IMG/VR virus record: IMGVR_UViG_3300042356_000801
Coordinates: 1 to 64,000 of that record
Strand: one strand, 5' to 3'
DNA length: 64,000 bases
Origin: a virus
A model generated the notes under the pieces. That model made no database searches, was not told where the DNA came from, and was given only the letters and a program-made list of their open reading frames with translations. Of this stretch, positions 21,901-31,293 are shown one piece after another. A program made the position numbers and the translations under genes. How positions within the stretch are numbered: the stretch's first letter is position 1; every line of letters begins with the position of its first letter.

Positions 21901-24128
21901 CTGGCTCTAATTTGACTATTACCTATATTGGCGGCAGAAGCATTTCTGGCGGCCATATATTCAGCGTTGCTCATTCCCGCAGGTATTTGTCCTGTTGCTC
22001 GAAGCCCTGCAACGTCTGAAAGGTTTACTCTTTGTCCTAATGGAGTGTAGTTTCCTACGGCTCCAGCAGCAGCTCCGTGTGTTGGCGTACCGATGCCCGC
22101 TCCTGGTCCTGCGTGCGTCTGGTCGTACGCGGTAGACATTCTTACGTTATGTCTGTCCATGCTTCGGCCCATTCGGTAATCTCTAAAACGCCTAGCAATA
22201 GCACTGTTTGACCTTCTGTCATATCCACCGTGTCCTACGAAATCTGGTGGCGTACTGCTTCTTGCGCCAAACCTTGCCAACCCTCTTTCCCACGCCGCTG
22301 CGTATCCGGGTTGATTACCGCCCAGGTACCTTGCCTGACCTGGGGCACCTGCACCGCCACCCCCAGCAACCTGTCGTCCAGTTGACATTCTTGGGCTACC
22401 AGGAAGAGGAGCGCCAGGTGCTCCACCTGTGGCACCAGAAGACAATCTTCCTCCTGGAGCTTGTCCTGGTCCACCAAGATTTACGGTTCCAGCAGTTACG
22501 TTCATGGTCTGAGTATTTTTGGGAACCTGTGCCATTAGTCCGCCCTTGGTATTTTTCATTTGTCTAGCGATAAGACCCAAGGCCATCAGTCCACCGCCGC
22601 TGCCGCCAAACATTCCACCAATACTTCCAACCATAGAGTTGAGCATTTTGAATACTTCGGTAAGACCCCCAAGAACATCATTAAGGAAAGGCATTGCTTT
22701 CCTTCGAATATCTTCCATTGTTCTTAATAGATTAAAAAGCTGCTCTACAACTCCAGCAATTCTTTCTCCAAATTCTTCAAAAGTTGCTGACTGGTCTTGG
22801 GCATGGACGTTGAAATCTTTCATCATCCCAACAAATCCATCTTTTACCGCATTAAACACCGGTTTAAACATCGACTCAATGGCTCTAGCGCCATCTACAA
22901 ACGGTTTAAGTTGTTCTTTTGAAATCCTAAACCATCTAGCAAATTTTTCCCAACCATTGCCCATGTTTCTAAAAAAACCATCAGTCTTGGGTAGCCATTC
23001 TCTGGTTAGCTTTACAAAGAAGTTAGACACTTTTTCAAAAATACCAACAAGACCATCAAAAAAGTCACCTTTTCCAAACTCGCCTAAAGAACCGCTTACG
23101 CGAAGAAGGTCACTTCTTATAATCCTGAAGATTTTTTGCATTGCAATTTTTGCTGGTTCAAGAAACTGTTGACCAAAGTCTGCAAATTCACCTTTTATCT
23201 GAGTGAAGAAAGCTTTTGCTTGACCAATGAGGGTTGAGTTAACTGCCTCAAACTGCCCAGCAACGCCACCGGCTTTAGCAAGTTCACCAGACATGATGAG
23301 TTCTTTCATCTGTTTCTTGCTGGTTACTTTTGCTTTTTTAAGAGCTTGTTCCATTTGTGGGCCAAGAGCTTTTGCTGCTTCTTTAACCTTAGACATGCTT
23401 GTTTTTGAGTTATTAAGGGCTTCAATTAACGCGCCAACTTTGTCTGCTGCTGCTGCAGGGTCCTGTCCGGCTGCACCAAAGTCCATGAGGTTTTTCATCA
23501 ACCCACCGCTTTGTGCAATCTGCGAAGACTTCATGGACTTAGCCATTGCTGCGTAGGCTTTGTTCAGTGCAGCAACTCCAAGACCTGCTAGCTGAGAGTC
23601 AGCCTGAAGAGTTCTCATTGCGTTGCGAACTTGGTTTGTTCCGGTAAGGAACTCTCCAGCTCCGCCCTTTGTAAACGCATACATTGCTGCTTGCTGCTCA
23701 CGAATAGCGGCAGCTGCGGTTCCGAGTGCTACTGCTGCGCTGGCGGCCGCGCCGGCCATAGCAGTCATTCCCCATGAATAGGCTTTATGTAGCCATTTTC
23801 CTGCGACAAAAAGAGCGTGAACGCTCATTAGTGAGACAGAAAGAAGAGCAAAGTTAGCAATTGCCCCCTTTATTGCTAGTCCAAGAAATTTTGACAGGCC
23901 CATTCCTGCCGCTTTTACGCCTTTATCAAAGCTGTCAAAAGACCTTTTTGCTTTTAATACGCTAGTACCAAGTGAATTTGTGCTGGCAGCTGCGGCTTTT
24001 TGTCCAGACGAAAGTCTGCGTGATTTAGCGTCAAGCCTATCAAGAGCTTTGTCAAGGGTCTTTACTTCCAGAGCGCCCTGAGCGGCACCCTTTACCTCAA
24101 TATTGACTGTACCTTCAGCCCTGGCCAC
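18999..24128 (-). CDS. tape measure protein with C-terminal M15-like peptidase domain
   Basis: 1709 aa, Ala/Gly/Lys-rich helical with hydrophobic segments; follows the chaperone; C-terminal ITSSYR...SDHVTGRAID...HLH. Confidence 0.85.
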   Translation of the reverse strand: MARAEGTVNIEVKGAAQGALEVKTLDKALDRLDAKSRRLSSGQKAAAASTNSLGTSVLKAKRSFDSFDKGVKAAGMGLSKFLGLAIKGAIANFALLSVSLMSVHALFVAGKWLHKAYSWGMTAMAGAAASAAVALGTAAAAIREQQAAMYAFTKGGAGEFLTGTNQVRNAMRTLQADSQLAGLGVAALNKAYAAMAKSMKSSQIAQSGGLMKNLMDFGAAGQDPAAAADKVGALIEALNNSKTSMSKVKEAAKALGPQMEQALKKAKVTSKKQMKELIMSGELAKAGGVAGQFEAVNSTLIGQAKAFFTQIKGEFADFGQQFLEPAKIAMQKIFRIIRSDLLRVSGSLGEFGKGDFFDGLVGIFEKVSNFFVKLTREWLPKTDGFFRNMGNGWEKFARWFRISKEQLKPFVDGARAIESMFKPVFNAVKDGFVGMMKDFNVHAQDQSATFEEFGERIAGVVEQLFNLLRTMEDIRRKAMPFLNDVLGGLTEVFKMLNSMVGSIGGMFGGSGGGLMALGLIARQMKNTKGGLMAQVPKNTQTMNVTAGTVNLGGPGQAPGGRLSSGATGGAPGAPLPGSPRMSTGRQVAGGGGAGAPGQARYLGGNQPGYAAAWERGLARFGARSSTPPDFVGHGGYDRRSNSAIARRFRDYRMGRSMDRHNVRMSTAYDQTHAGPGAGIGTPTHGAAAGAVGNYTPLGQRVNLSDVAGLRATGQIPAGMSNAEYMAARNASAANIGNSQIRARDEQIRRNGGGWNVGRTPRARYQNGNLVRQFGAGVRGFGSRGVTSTRGMFGNIMNAANSQVDEKAGFLQSSITGRQMGIERLHGPTGAIEVLHPKTGNVVAGLDQQSGKFKGATFRNSGFGLKRKLMAHNMRQTRSSRLGSAVLGNAEKGIGGMNNSMGAKMAVGMGMGMLSQKMAPEAQGAMALGGMVGQFNPLAGLAVGFGGAALKSRTAKGGAATGAMAGAAIGTMIAPGVGTAVGAALGAITGALAGWYGGMKQRAKEAKAAVNSFLDAVSFAEFKKAGIQLKRNEEAAARGESLAGRSGALENVASATAEKYRNVGARFKGIDMDFQKRNDQKALNFSQSGKTGTKGWLGALTGQSRWGRRLNPLGWLTSAAGGVTRGVSQLMGGLGNIPGMDTVSKVPGLGFLGGNNAINDDQKKALDQIELLRKDPAFKGMISDDEYKAIKASPTKGLTEIGKKLPERIEAATMVGDQSTKRMEMLKKMSGKSGAELELLAKKMGVNLYDSTMRMSDMVEKLGLNMVRTTEEMKNLNIDSFVKGISDGFDEAIKAAKAPEIYDERGRQVFDVVKGGGSTASVLEALKGFQESSASMGKGAIDSFYGQKEQIGTAADPGKLFGPGGAWAKMDPAKFFTPAVVKALAAQDASTEKGFIGGASEQITGMLANSGMMGNTSQLSAVIGSMDAPNREKFLKDVESGTFNITDPFANKTDEESKKIYEAKGFGSKEEYMQNVLSDKFDAYGATQKNFEIGSIDKDTNAVADKMSTASDTFKTAVENFNDNMANYFTDSTGKPEWWSKDAMKEIMKDDTNTPRGGVVGDTTSSRLSQTMARHNSINGSIAGKRSITSSYRTYGLGSLNSDHVTGRAIDIVGQNLGSYAVATRNAGGFAEFHGSGRGRHLHAVPGAGAIGDTLTPASNQMGVPTSATVSSGTNSFTFHINGGQNNPEEIANMVMAKIKNTEQRVRERT

Positions 24129-24194
24129 GCTTAGACCTCACACGCTCATTTACGATTTTTGGGAAAATCGCGTGAGTGTAGGAACAAATCTGGC

Positions 24195-24386
24195 TTATTG
24201 CCTAGATTTGCGTTCCTGCTCTTCGCGGTCGTTACTTATTACTTTAGCACAAGCAAGCCTTATTAGCCATTCAGTTTCTGTTGAATCTAAAAGTCTTACT
24301 GGGTCTGTCCCGAACAGTTCGCCTAATCTTGCTGCCGAGATGACTAAAGGGTCTTCAACTAGTTCGTCGAAGACCCCTTCGTAGGG
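24195..24386 (-). CDS. C-terminal (-1 frame) part of tail assembly chaperone (gpGT-like frameshift product)
   Basis: Open -1 frame PYEGVFDELVEDPL...ERKSRQ* with no start codon of its own, overlapping the chaperone end; not in the ORF track. Confidence 0.7.
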   Translation of the reverse strand, partial: PYEGVFDELVEDPLVISAARLGELFGTDPVRLLDSTETEWLIRLACAKVISNDREEQERKSRQ

Positions 24387-24898
24387 TCTTCAACGTCCAC
24401 CGAATCAGAGTATCCAGCAGCGTCAAGAATCGAGAGGGCAGCAGCCTCAATATGAGGGTCAACTCCAAAGAATTCCTTAACACAGTCAGGAAGTGGGCGA
24501 GTTGTGTTTGTCATCTCAAGAATGACTGGAGAAGCAAATGTCAGCTCATTGCCAGCATCATCGAATACTTCTTCGTCGTCAAACAAGATACCGATAGTGG
24601 TGTGGCCAATAACTGAACAAGCAAAACGTGTTCCATCCATACCATTACGGGTATCTTCACCAGCTTGCTTACGCCAGTTTTTCATTTGGTTCTGGGTAAT
24701 GTTCGGGCTAATCTTGATTTTTACACCAGGGCGTTCAGGAACAGGGATTAGAACAACCGAGCGTTCAACCTTGCGCTTGACAATGCCCGTAAGCTTTTGA
24801 AGCGGTGTCTCTTCTGCAGCAACAGCAGCCTTGACTTGCTTTGCTTTAGGGGAAGAATCTTCTGTGGATGTTGTATAGAGTTCAGAGTTTTCTGTCAT
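24359..24898 (-). CDS. tail assembly chaperone (gpG-like)
   Basis: Lies between tube and tape measure genes; overlapping -1 frame downstream. Confidence 0.75.
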   Translation of the reverse strand: MTENSELYTTSTEDSSPKAKQVKAAVAAEETPLQKLTGIVKRKVERSVVLIPVPERPGVKIKISPNITQNQMKNWRKQAGEDTRNGMDGTRFACSVIGHTTIGILFDDEEVFDDAGNELTFASPVILEMTNTTRPLPDCVKEFFGVDPHIEAAALSILDAAGYSDSVDVEDPTKGSSTN

Positions 24899-24955
24899 AA
24901 GAGAAAACCTAGCACATCACGCATGCCCGTGATGGAACTCAGAAGAGAAGATTTA

Positions 24956-25435
24956 TCAACCAGCTGCGCCAGCACCGGACTCAACGTCCGAGATGGCAAA
25001 TGTTAGCGAGAAAGTCGCAGGAGCACCAGAAGATGAGTCACCGTCTGGCTCTGTGATGCCAACCAAAAGGGCCTTTGAGTACACACGGTCCGTGCCTGGA
25101 ACCTTGAGGTCGCAGTCAAAGGTCTCGATTGTGATGTCGTACGAAGCACGGCCAACCAATGGGCGGAGTGTTGCAATCTTTTCTGCAATTCCGGTAGGGC
25201 CGTCTGCTTGGTTTCTGTCGTCATCATAGTGAGCGGTCAGCGTAATGTCGCCAACTTCAGATGGTGCACAGAGAACGGTAGGACGGAGCTTGCCGCCTTC
25301 GTAAATCTTTTCTACAGATGCAGTAATTTCTCCACCAGAAACCTGGGCAAAGTAAAAACCTGTCCACTTCGGGTGTTTGCCAGCATCAACCGGCACGACC
25401 GAGGCGAGTACTTGGCGCTGAGATACTTTTGACAT
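24956..25435 (-). CDS. tail tube protein
   Basis: 159 aa directly after sheath; FAQVSGGEI...GDITLT and EPDGDSSS motifs. Confidence 0.8.
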   Translation of the reverse strand: MSKVSQRQVLASVVPVDAGKHPKWTGFYFAQVSGGEITASVEKIYEGGKLRPTVLCAPSEVGDITLTAHYDDDRNQADGPTGIAEKIATLRPLVGRASYDITIETFDCDLKVPGTDRVYSKALLVGITEPDGDSSSGAPATFSLTFAISDVESGAGAAG

Positions 25436-25449
25436 GTTTATATCCTTCT

Positions 25450-26970
25450 TTAGACGACGCTAGCGGTTAGATTCGACTTGATAATGTCGACTTCAATTTT
25501 GTCGCCGACACTGCTGGTGCGAACACCAACTTTAGCCTTGACAGTACCGCCTGCTAGTTGGCTGACTGGGTTCAGATAGGAGTCGCAACGAACTGTGTAG
25601 CCACTGTCGACTTTCTTTCCGTTGACATCAAATGCTTGGAACAAAGCGCCTTCTTCGCGCAATGGAGCAAGAATTGCAATCAATCGTGATGTAATTGCAG
25701 AGAAGATGGTGTCACGTCCGTCGATTACACCGAAGACAAGGTCTTCGAGAGACCGCTGAGAAGCAACAACGATGTGGTTGATGATTTCTTGGGTCGTGAT
25801 GTAGCGGAAGTTCTCAGTGTCAATTGACAATGAACGAGCACCGTAGATTCTTACAGAGTTTTGAATGATTCTAATTGAGTTGACTTGCTCGTCATCCAAT
25901 TGGTCACCAGATGTCTTGTTGATATCAAGAGCAGTACCTGTAACGAATCTTGCTGTAGAGATAAGACCAGCGGCTGGAACATGTGCTCCACCTTGGTTGT
26001 GAGCCTGTGCACGCTTGGCGGCAACATAGCCGTCTGGCGGTATAAGCCTTGATACACCAGCAATCGTTGTTGGAACGTTAACCCACGGGAAGTACATAGC
26101 CGCATGCTCGGTTTCTGTGAGAACCTTAAGTTCTCCTGCCTTCGAGATTGCGTTAGCAACAGTATCGGCAGCGCCTCCGTGCAAGATAGCAATTCTATTA
26201 TTTGCATTTGCGTGAGCAATAAGAGCAGTAGAAACGTCCTGAGTGGCCTTTAGTGTGCCATCGTAGTCAGTAACTGGTCCACCAACGGAAAGGCGAGTTG
26301 CCGTTTCTGCGTCTGGGATTGAGACTGCACCGGTACCGAGCGAGTCGTTGAAGACTTCAAGGGCGTCAATTAGGGAGTCGTCATCAACCTGTGCAAGGTC
26401 GTCGTCTCCTGCTGAGAGGTTTGTTGCTACAAGAACTGCTGGCTTTGTTGTTGCGCCAACAACGGCTGTTGCCGTTACGTAGCGAGAAGCAACTGAGCTT
26501 AAGTTGATGCGACCAGCAGCTTGTGCCACAGAGGTTACGTTGCCCGTGCTGTACACAGGGTCACCTTGGTAAGAGATGATAACTGCAAAGGTTGTTCCTG
26601 TTGGCTGAGTAACAGTAACTTCAACATCTGAGCTCCATGCGCCTGCACCGTTTGCGTCAATTGTCAATACTGGGTCCTCGTCAGCATCTTCAAGAACGAG
26701 CGTTCCTGATTCTGCGTCAGCGCCGACAACTCTGGAGATATAAGCCTGAGTGCCGCCTTCTTCAAAGAAGGTTTCTACTGTTGGGTGGAGGTACGAATAC
26801 GAAACGTATCCGCCGAACATGTGTTCAAATTCTGCAAGGCTCTGAACTAAAACTGCTTCGCCAACAGCTCCTCGTTCTGCTAATCCGACAACAAAAAGCT
26901 GCGAAGATTCGCGCACTGTCGCGGAAGATGGGCCTGTTCTGACTGCTGTGGAGATTACTACGCCTGGCAT
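25450..26970 (-). CDS. tail sheath protein
   Basis: MPGVVI start, FFEEGGTQAYISRV, YFPWV, PPDGYVAA and IYGARSL motifs. Confidence 0.92.
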   Translation of the reverse strand: MPGVVISTAVRTGPSSATVRESSQLFVVGLAERGAVGEAVLVQSLAEFEHMFGGYVSYSYLHPTVETFFEEGGTQAYISRVVGADAESGTLVLEDADEDPVLTIDANGAGAWSSDVEVTVTQPTGTTFAVIISYQGDPVYSTGNVTSVAQAAGRINLSSVASRYVTATAVVGATTKPAVLVATNLSAGDDDLAQVDDDSLIDALEVFNDSLGTGAVSIPDAETATRLSVGGPVTDYDGTLKATQDVSTALIAHANANNRIAILHGGAADTVANAISKAGELKVLTETEHAAMYFPWVNVPTTIAGVSRLIPPDGYVAAKRAQAHNQGGAHVPAAGLISTARFVTGTALDINKTSGDQLDDEQVNSIRIIQNSVRIYGARSLSIDTENFRYITTQEIINHIVVASQRSLEDLVFGVIDGRDTIFSAITSRLIAILAPLREEGALFQAFDVNGKKVDSGYTVRCDSYLNPVSQLAGGTVKAKVGVRTSSVGDKIEVDIIKSNLTASVV

Positions 26971-27095
26971 AAGACCTTCCTGTGGTTCGTGTTGAGTGAC
27001 AATGCCGCCAACGGTTTATATTGTACAGATGATTTCGTGTTGATTATTGCAACTGTTAAAAAGAATGCTGTATAAATAGAATACGACATAACAAG

Positions 27096-27716
27096 TTACA
27101 AAATAGGAAGTGGCGCGGATGAATCTCCACTGGCTTCTATTTCTAAATCAATGCTTGACACAACGCCGATTGGCTTGCGAGAAACTACCTCATCTATCTC
27201 CATATTGTAGGAAATATATGCCCCAGCCATAATTCTGTCGCCTTTAAGCAGTGTTAAATCGGAAAACTCTTCACGAATTGAACCTTCGTCAATCATTGCC
27301 CTAAAAGATGTTCTTTCGTCATAGGCCTTGAGGCATGGATAATCAAGAAGGGCCGACCTGAGAACGGTTGTTAACCTATCTCGCATTATCGTGCACTCTT
27401 CTGAGCCTTCTGTTTTTACCCAAACATAGGTGCGCATTGAGTATGAAACCCTATAAAGAGGGTCTGGGCCATCAAATCCAATACGGTTAAAAGCCGTAGA
27501 AGAGATAACTACAGTGATAACAAGCGGCCATGTATCGATAGCAAACGGTTCGTATGTTGTAAACCCCTCAGGGGTCGGAAGGGTTATGTCGTCAACATTC
27601 CAACCGTTACGGTAATCAATAATTCTTACAGGAACATCTTCTGAAAGGTAATTGTTTACATACTGCTTGGCAAACTGAGCGCCATGCATTAATGGATATC
27701 CAGGAACTGTAGGCAT
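27096..27716 (-). CDS. tail terminator / completion protein
   Basis: Position upstream of sheath; size. Confidence 0.55.
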   Translation of the reverse strand: MPTVPGYPLMHGAQFAKQYVNNYLSEDVPVRIIDYRNGWNVDDITLPTPEGFTTYEPFAIDTWPLVITVVISSTAFNRIGFDGPDPLYRVSYSMRTYVWVKTEGSEECTIMRDRLTTVLRSALLDYPCLKAYDERTSFRAMIDEGSIREEFSDLTLLKGDRIMAGAYISYNMEIDEVVSRKPIGVVSSIDLEIEASGDSSAPLPIL

Positions 27717-28192
27717 TATGCTGTCAACCCTTCATTACCTTCAACAATGTAGTTTGCTAGTTTTTCTGCAAATTCACTGACAAAGGATTGCGGGATAAAA
27801 AGAATTTGGCGTTTTGGCATGTTTGGTGTTCCGGTCTGATGGAACGGAGCATATTTCACTCCAGTTCCAAACGTAGCACTTAGTTTGTTTATTTGGTTCA
27901 CAGAGGGGTCAGATAGCTCGGAGAGGCTTTTAAACAACTCTCCGCTACGGACAAGCGTTGGTCTCCCTGGGAGCTCCCTGGCCTTCCATGAGGCGTATTC
28001 AGCGTCAAGCGGGGACCATCCACCAACAGGAAGCCCCTGTGATGTGAAGTTTTCTGCAAATGTCTTCTTTAGGACCTGGTGTGCCCACCTAAAAACAGGC
28101 TTAGCATCGGTAATCCTGTCTTGGATGTCTGCAACCAAGTTCTGGACTTTTTCAATCCTGACCTCAATGTCTACTCTTACTGGTGCCGACAT
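27716..28192 (-). CDS. virion morphogenesis / neck protein (Mu gpG, P2 gpS-like)
   Basis: WSPL...LVRSGEL..SL and YAPFHQTGT..MPKR motifs. Confidence 0.8.
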   Translation of the reverse strand: MSAPVRVDIEVRIEKVQNLVADIQDRITDAKPVFRWAHQVLKKTFAENFTSQGLPVGGWSPLDAEYASWKARELPGRPTLVRSGELFKSLSELSDPSVNQINKLSATFGTGVKYAPFHQTGTPNMPKRQILFIPQSFVSEFAEKLANYIVEGNEGLTA

Positions 28193-28194
28193 TG

Positions 28195-28842
28195 TTATGC
28201 AATTCTTCTTCGGCTGTACTTCCTCAGAGACATAAGTTCAGTATCCAAAAATCCAGTCACCAGAGGTCCGACATTTCGCGTTGTTATGTCCTTGAGGCCA
28301 ACAACATCGTCATGCATGTTCTGCATCTCCCTGGAAGCCGCTCTTAGGATAAGAAGCTTAAACATTGGTATATTTGTACCATCCAGGCCTGCAGTGTAAG
28401 TAACTGTAATTACGTCACCATCAAGGGCGTAAAAGTAGTCAATACCAAACCTGCGCACAACATAGTCATGCTCAACAATGAGGGTTCTTGGTTCTCCGTT
28501 TAGCGGTTTTACTACTACTTCGGACACGTTTACAACAGGCGAATTGCGGAAATAGATAGTGCTTGGAGGGGTTGCCCATGTTGTGCTATCTACCATATTT
28601 GACTGGACAAACGAGTCCGTGTAGCTATGCGGTGGGGCCGACAAGAAGGTACCCATAGGAACGCCGTGGTATGTACCTTCTACAGTGTAATCTTCCTCGA
28701 ATTCCACCACCTCAATAGGTCGACCAAGATGAGCTTCCATCTCTGATTGGAGACCTGCAAGAATCATCTCGGCTGCATCCTGCTGACGCAAGGACAGCTT
28801 TATGTCCATGTAGTTAATAAGGTCTGCTTGAGTTACTAGCAC
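28195..28842 (-). CDS. head-tail connector / adaptor
   Basis: LVTQADL start and ITVTYTAG motif; synteny. Confidence 0.7.
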   Translation of the reverse strand: MLVTQADLINYMDIKLSLRQQDAAEMILAGLQSEMEAHLGRPIEVVEFEEDYTVEGTYHGVPMGTFLSAPPHSYTDSFVQSNMVDSTTWATPPSTIYFRNSPVVNVSEVVVKPLNGEPRTLIVEHDYVVRRFGIDYFYALDGDVITVTYTAGLDGTNIPMFKLLILRAASREMQNMHDDVVGLKDITTRNVGPLVTGFLDTELMSLRKYSRRRIA

Positions 28843-28883
28843 TTGATACCTCCACTAGGCGTTAATCAGTCATAAAGACCGAT

Positions 28884-29528
28884 TTAGCGCCTCTTCTTTG
28901 GTGTGGCTTTCTTTGCTGGAGCCTTCTTGGCGGGAGCTTTCTTTGCAGCAGCCTTCTTGGCGGGAGCAGCCTTCTTCGCTGGAGCAGCCTTCTTAGTTGG
29001 CGTAGCCTTCTTTGCTGCCGACTTTTGCTTTGCCTGCACTTTTTTAGCTTTAGATTTAGATGCTTTTCTGTTTGCTTCAGCAGCGGTTTTCTGCCTCTTT
29101 ACCTGCTTGAGAATGGCTGAGGATTTTGCCCTCTCTGTTGCCGACTTGTACAGAGCTTCGTTAATTGGGTTAGCGCGAGCCTTGTAGCCCTTTTTGCGAC
29201 CAATCTGCTGGCTGCCACGCGGAGAATTTGCAAGACCAAGCACTCCTTTGCCTTTAATCTTTTTGTTTGACTTTACGCCAAGGGCTCTAATTTCTGAAGG
29301 AGATAGATACCCTTGCAGTCTTGTAGATTCTTTTTGCAATTTTCTAGCATTGGCACGAGAACCAAAAATGTCTTTGATTGCTTGATTTAGCAAGTCTCTT
29401 TCTTTGATGAGAGCTGCTCTGGCCTTTTCACCCTTAGCCTTGTTGAGCTGGTTCTTGATTCGGCTTGCGTCGAGGAGTAGGGAGTCTGCGTCGTCCGTAA
29501 TGTCCGGGCCGTATCTTACTCTGGGCAT
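28884..29528 (-). CDS. basic protein with histone H1-like (PAKK) C-terminal tail
   Basis: KKAAPAKKAAPAKKAAAKKAPAKKAPAKKATPKKRR. Confidence 0.75.
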   Translation of the reverse strand: MPRVRYGPDITDDADSLLLDASRIKNQLNKAKGEKARAALIKERDLLNQAIKDIFGSRANARKLQKESTRLQGYLSPSEIRALGVKSNKKIKGKGVLGLANSPRGSQQIGRKKGYKARANPINEALYKSATERAKSSAILKQVKRQKTAAEANRKASKSKAKKVQAKQKSAAKKATPTKKAAPAKKAAPAKKAAAKKAPAKKAPAKKATPKKRR

Positions 29529-29609
29529 AATCAACCAACTTCTTTGAGAAACATTTTAAAGAAGTTTACCATATGGCGCTAATTCGGAATTAAATACCCG
29601 CGCCAAAAA

Positions 29610-30164
29610 CTACCTGTCGCTATTCGGTGGTGATTCAATCACTGGACCCTTATCAAGCGTCCCTGGAGGAGCCTCTACTGGCACCCATGCTCTTGAATAT
29701 GTATATTCCTTGATATTCCTTGACTTCAATATTGTGCCGTCAATCATTAAAGAATATTCATTTCCCTTCATGCATAACGTTCTTTCTAGGCTTTTTTCAG
29801 TAGCGGCTCGAGACCTGACAAGTTTTTTAATTATCGATGACATAGGTTTGGCCACTACCGAGCCTCTTCCTCTATTTAGTCGAAGATGCATCTCCATTGC
29901 CTCCATGGTCCCAACATCATGCTTTATGACCGGGATTGTTTTACCAATTATTTCCATTATCTGCTTGACATTTGTAGCCAACAAATAGCGCTCAGAGCCA
30001 TCAATGATTTCTCCGGTTCTAGCAGATACATGGATTGGTTGAATAAAACCAAAATCGAGCAAAGACGCAGAAAGCACTAAAAGGTCTGGTCTCAGTATGT
30101 AGGTTGCTCTCCATGGTGGGACGATAAGTGTTGATGGGTCAACTTCCTCTATCTCATACTTCAT
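29610..30164 (-). CDS. ParB/Srx-fold protein, IbrB-like
   Basis: GFIQPI...IIDGSER...NRGRG; overlaps the IbrA-like gene; start moved to ATG 30164. Confidence 0.7.
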   Translation of the reverse strand: MKYEIEEVDPSTLIVPPWRATYILRPDLLVLSASLLDFGFIQPIHVSARTGEIIDGSERYLLATNVKQIMEIIGKTIPVIKHDVGTMEAMEMHLRLNRGRGSVVAKPMSSIIKKLVRSRAATEKSLERTLCMKGNEYSLMIDGTILKSRNIKEYTYSRAWVPVEAPPGTLDKGPVIESPPNSDR

Positions 30165-31293
30165 ATGTTGTTTCCATTTCTTCGTCATTATTTCTTACTG
30201 TGTATGCTCTAGTTCTTGGCCCAACAGGAGAAGGTGAACCACCATCTATTTCGTTGAGAACAAGAGTTCTAATTAGCAGACTGATTGGGTAAGCACGTTG
30301 GTCTTCTAGATGCTTCTTGCGAAACTTAGAGACGTATGCTTTTGCTTCCATTTGTCTGCGTTCACCAACTAGGTAGTCTTCAATAAACATTGAAGCACCT
30401 TCTAAACCCAATCCCGAGTATTCGTTAATAAGTTTTTCAATGTCAAATTCTGGCCACCACCTGCGTTGAGCATCGATGTGGGGAAAACACTCCACAAGCC
30501 TGTCGTAAAACTCTGGTTCCGTAGCAACCACATCACCAATCCTGCGAATAGCAATGCTGTGGAGTGGGATACCGATTCTTGTGTTACTTTCCGTCTGGGC
30601 AGCAAGGTCGTAATACTCACAGTACTCAGAACCGTGTTCTTCAATCAAAAACTTAAATACGTCGTTTGTGTTCCAGTCATAAATAACCTTGGCAAACTTC
30701 ATTGGTATTCCGGTCTTGAGTTTGTACGGAGTAACGATGTAGTTCTCATGCAACTTCTGAACGCAGGACCTATAGCGAACCATTGACTCGCTTGCTCTAA
30801 CGCCGGTGATGAAGGCAACATTCCCCTTCTTGCCCTGCATGGTGTAGTAGTCGGTCTGTTCTGGAAGAGATACATCGTGGGTTAGACCAAAGTCTTCACC
30901 CGTAATAGCCCAAGGCGGGATGTCTCTTACGAGCCTTCCCTGGTTCTTACGCATGTTGCTCCACAGAACTGTAGTAACCCTCTGTCCGAGAACCCAAATT
31001 TCTGCAGGGTAAGGGAGGCAGTACCACTCCATGTCAACCCAGTCGTAGTTTCGCACTTTTTCTACATACTCAATAGTTGTAGGGCTTACCATTTCCTCGT
31101 CTCGGAAAATAACTTTTACTGGCCCAAGACCGCGTTCTTCGTGTACCTCTTTAGCAAGATACATAACCGCAGAGGAATCTTTTCCTCCAGAGAACTGAAC
31201 ACATACGGTATCAAAAGTATCGTAGACGTGCCTAATTCTTTGGCGGGCTGCATCTATGCAGCTCATGTCAAGAAACATTCTTTGTCTAGTCAT
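30154..31293 (-). CDS. PAPS-reductase-family (PP-loop) protein, IbrA-like
   Basis: FSGGKDS, FRDEE, GVRASES..R and IYDW motifs. Confidence 0.85.
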   Translation of the reverse strand: MTRQRMFLDMSCIDAARQRIRHVYDTFDTVCVQFSGGKDSSAVMYLAKEVHEERGLGPVKVIFRDEEMVSPTTIEYVEKVRNYDWVDMEWYCLPYPAEIWVLGQRVTTVLWSNMRKNQGRLVRDIPPWAITGEDFGLTHDVSLPEQTDYYTMQGKKGNVAFITGVRASESMVRYRSCVQKLHENYIVTPYKLKTGIPMKFAKVIYDWNTNDVFKFLIEEHGSEYCEYYDLAAQTESNTRIGIPLHSIAIRRIGDVVATEPEFYDRLVECFPHIDAQRRWWPEFDIEKLINEYSGLGLEGASMFIEDYLVGERRQMEAKAYVSKFRKKHLEDQRAYPISLLIRTLVLNEIDGGSPSPVGPRTRAYTVRNNDEEMETTYEV

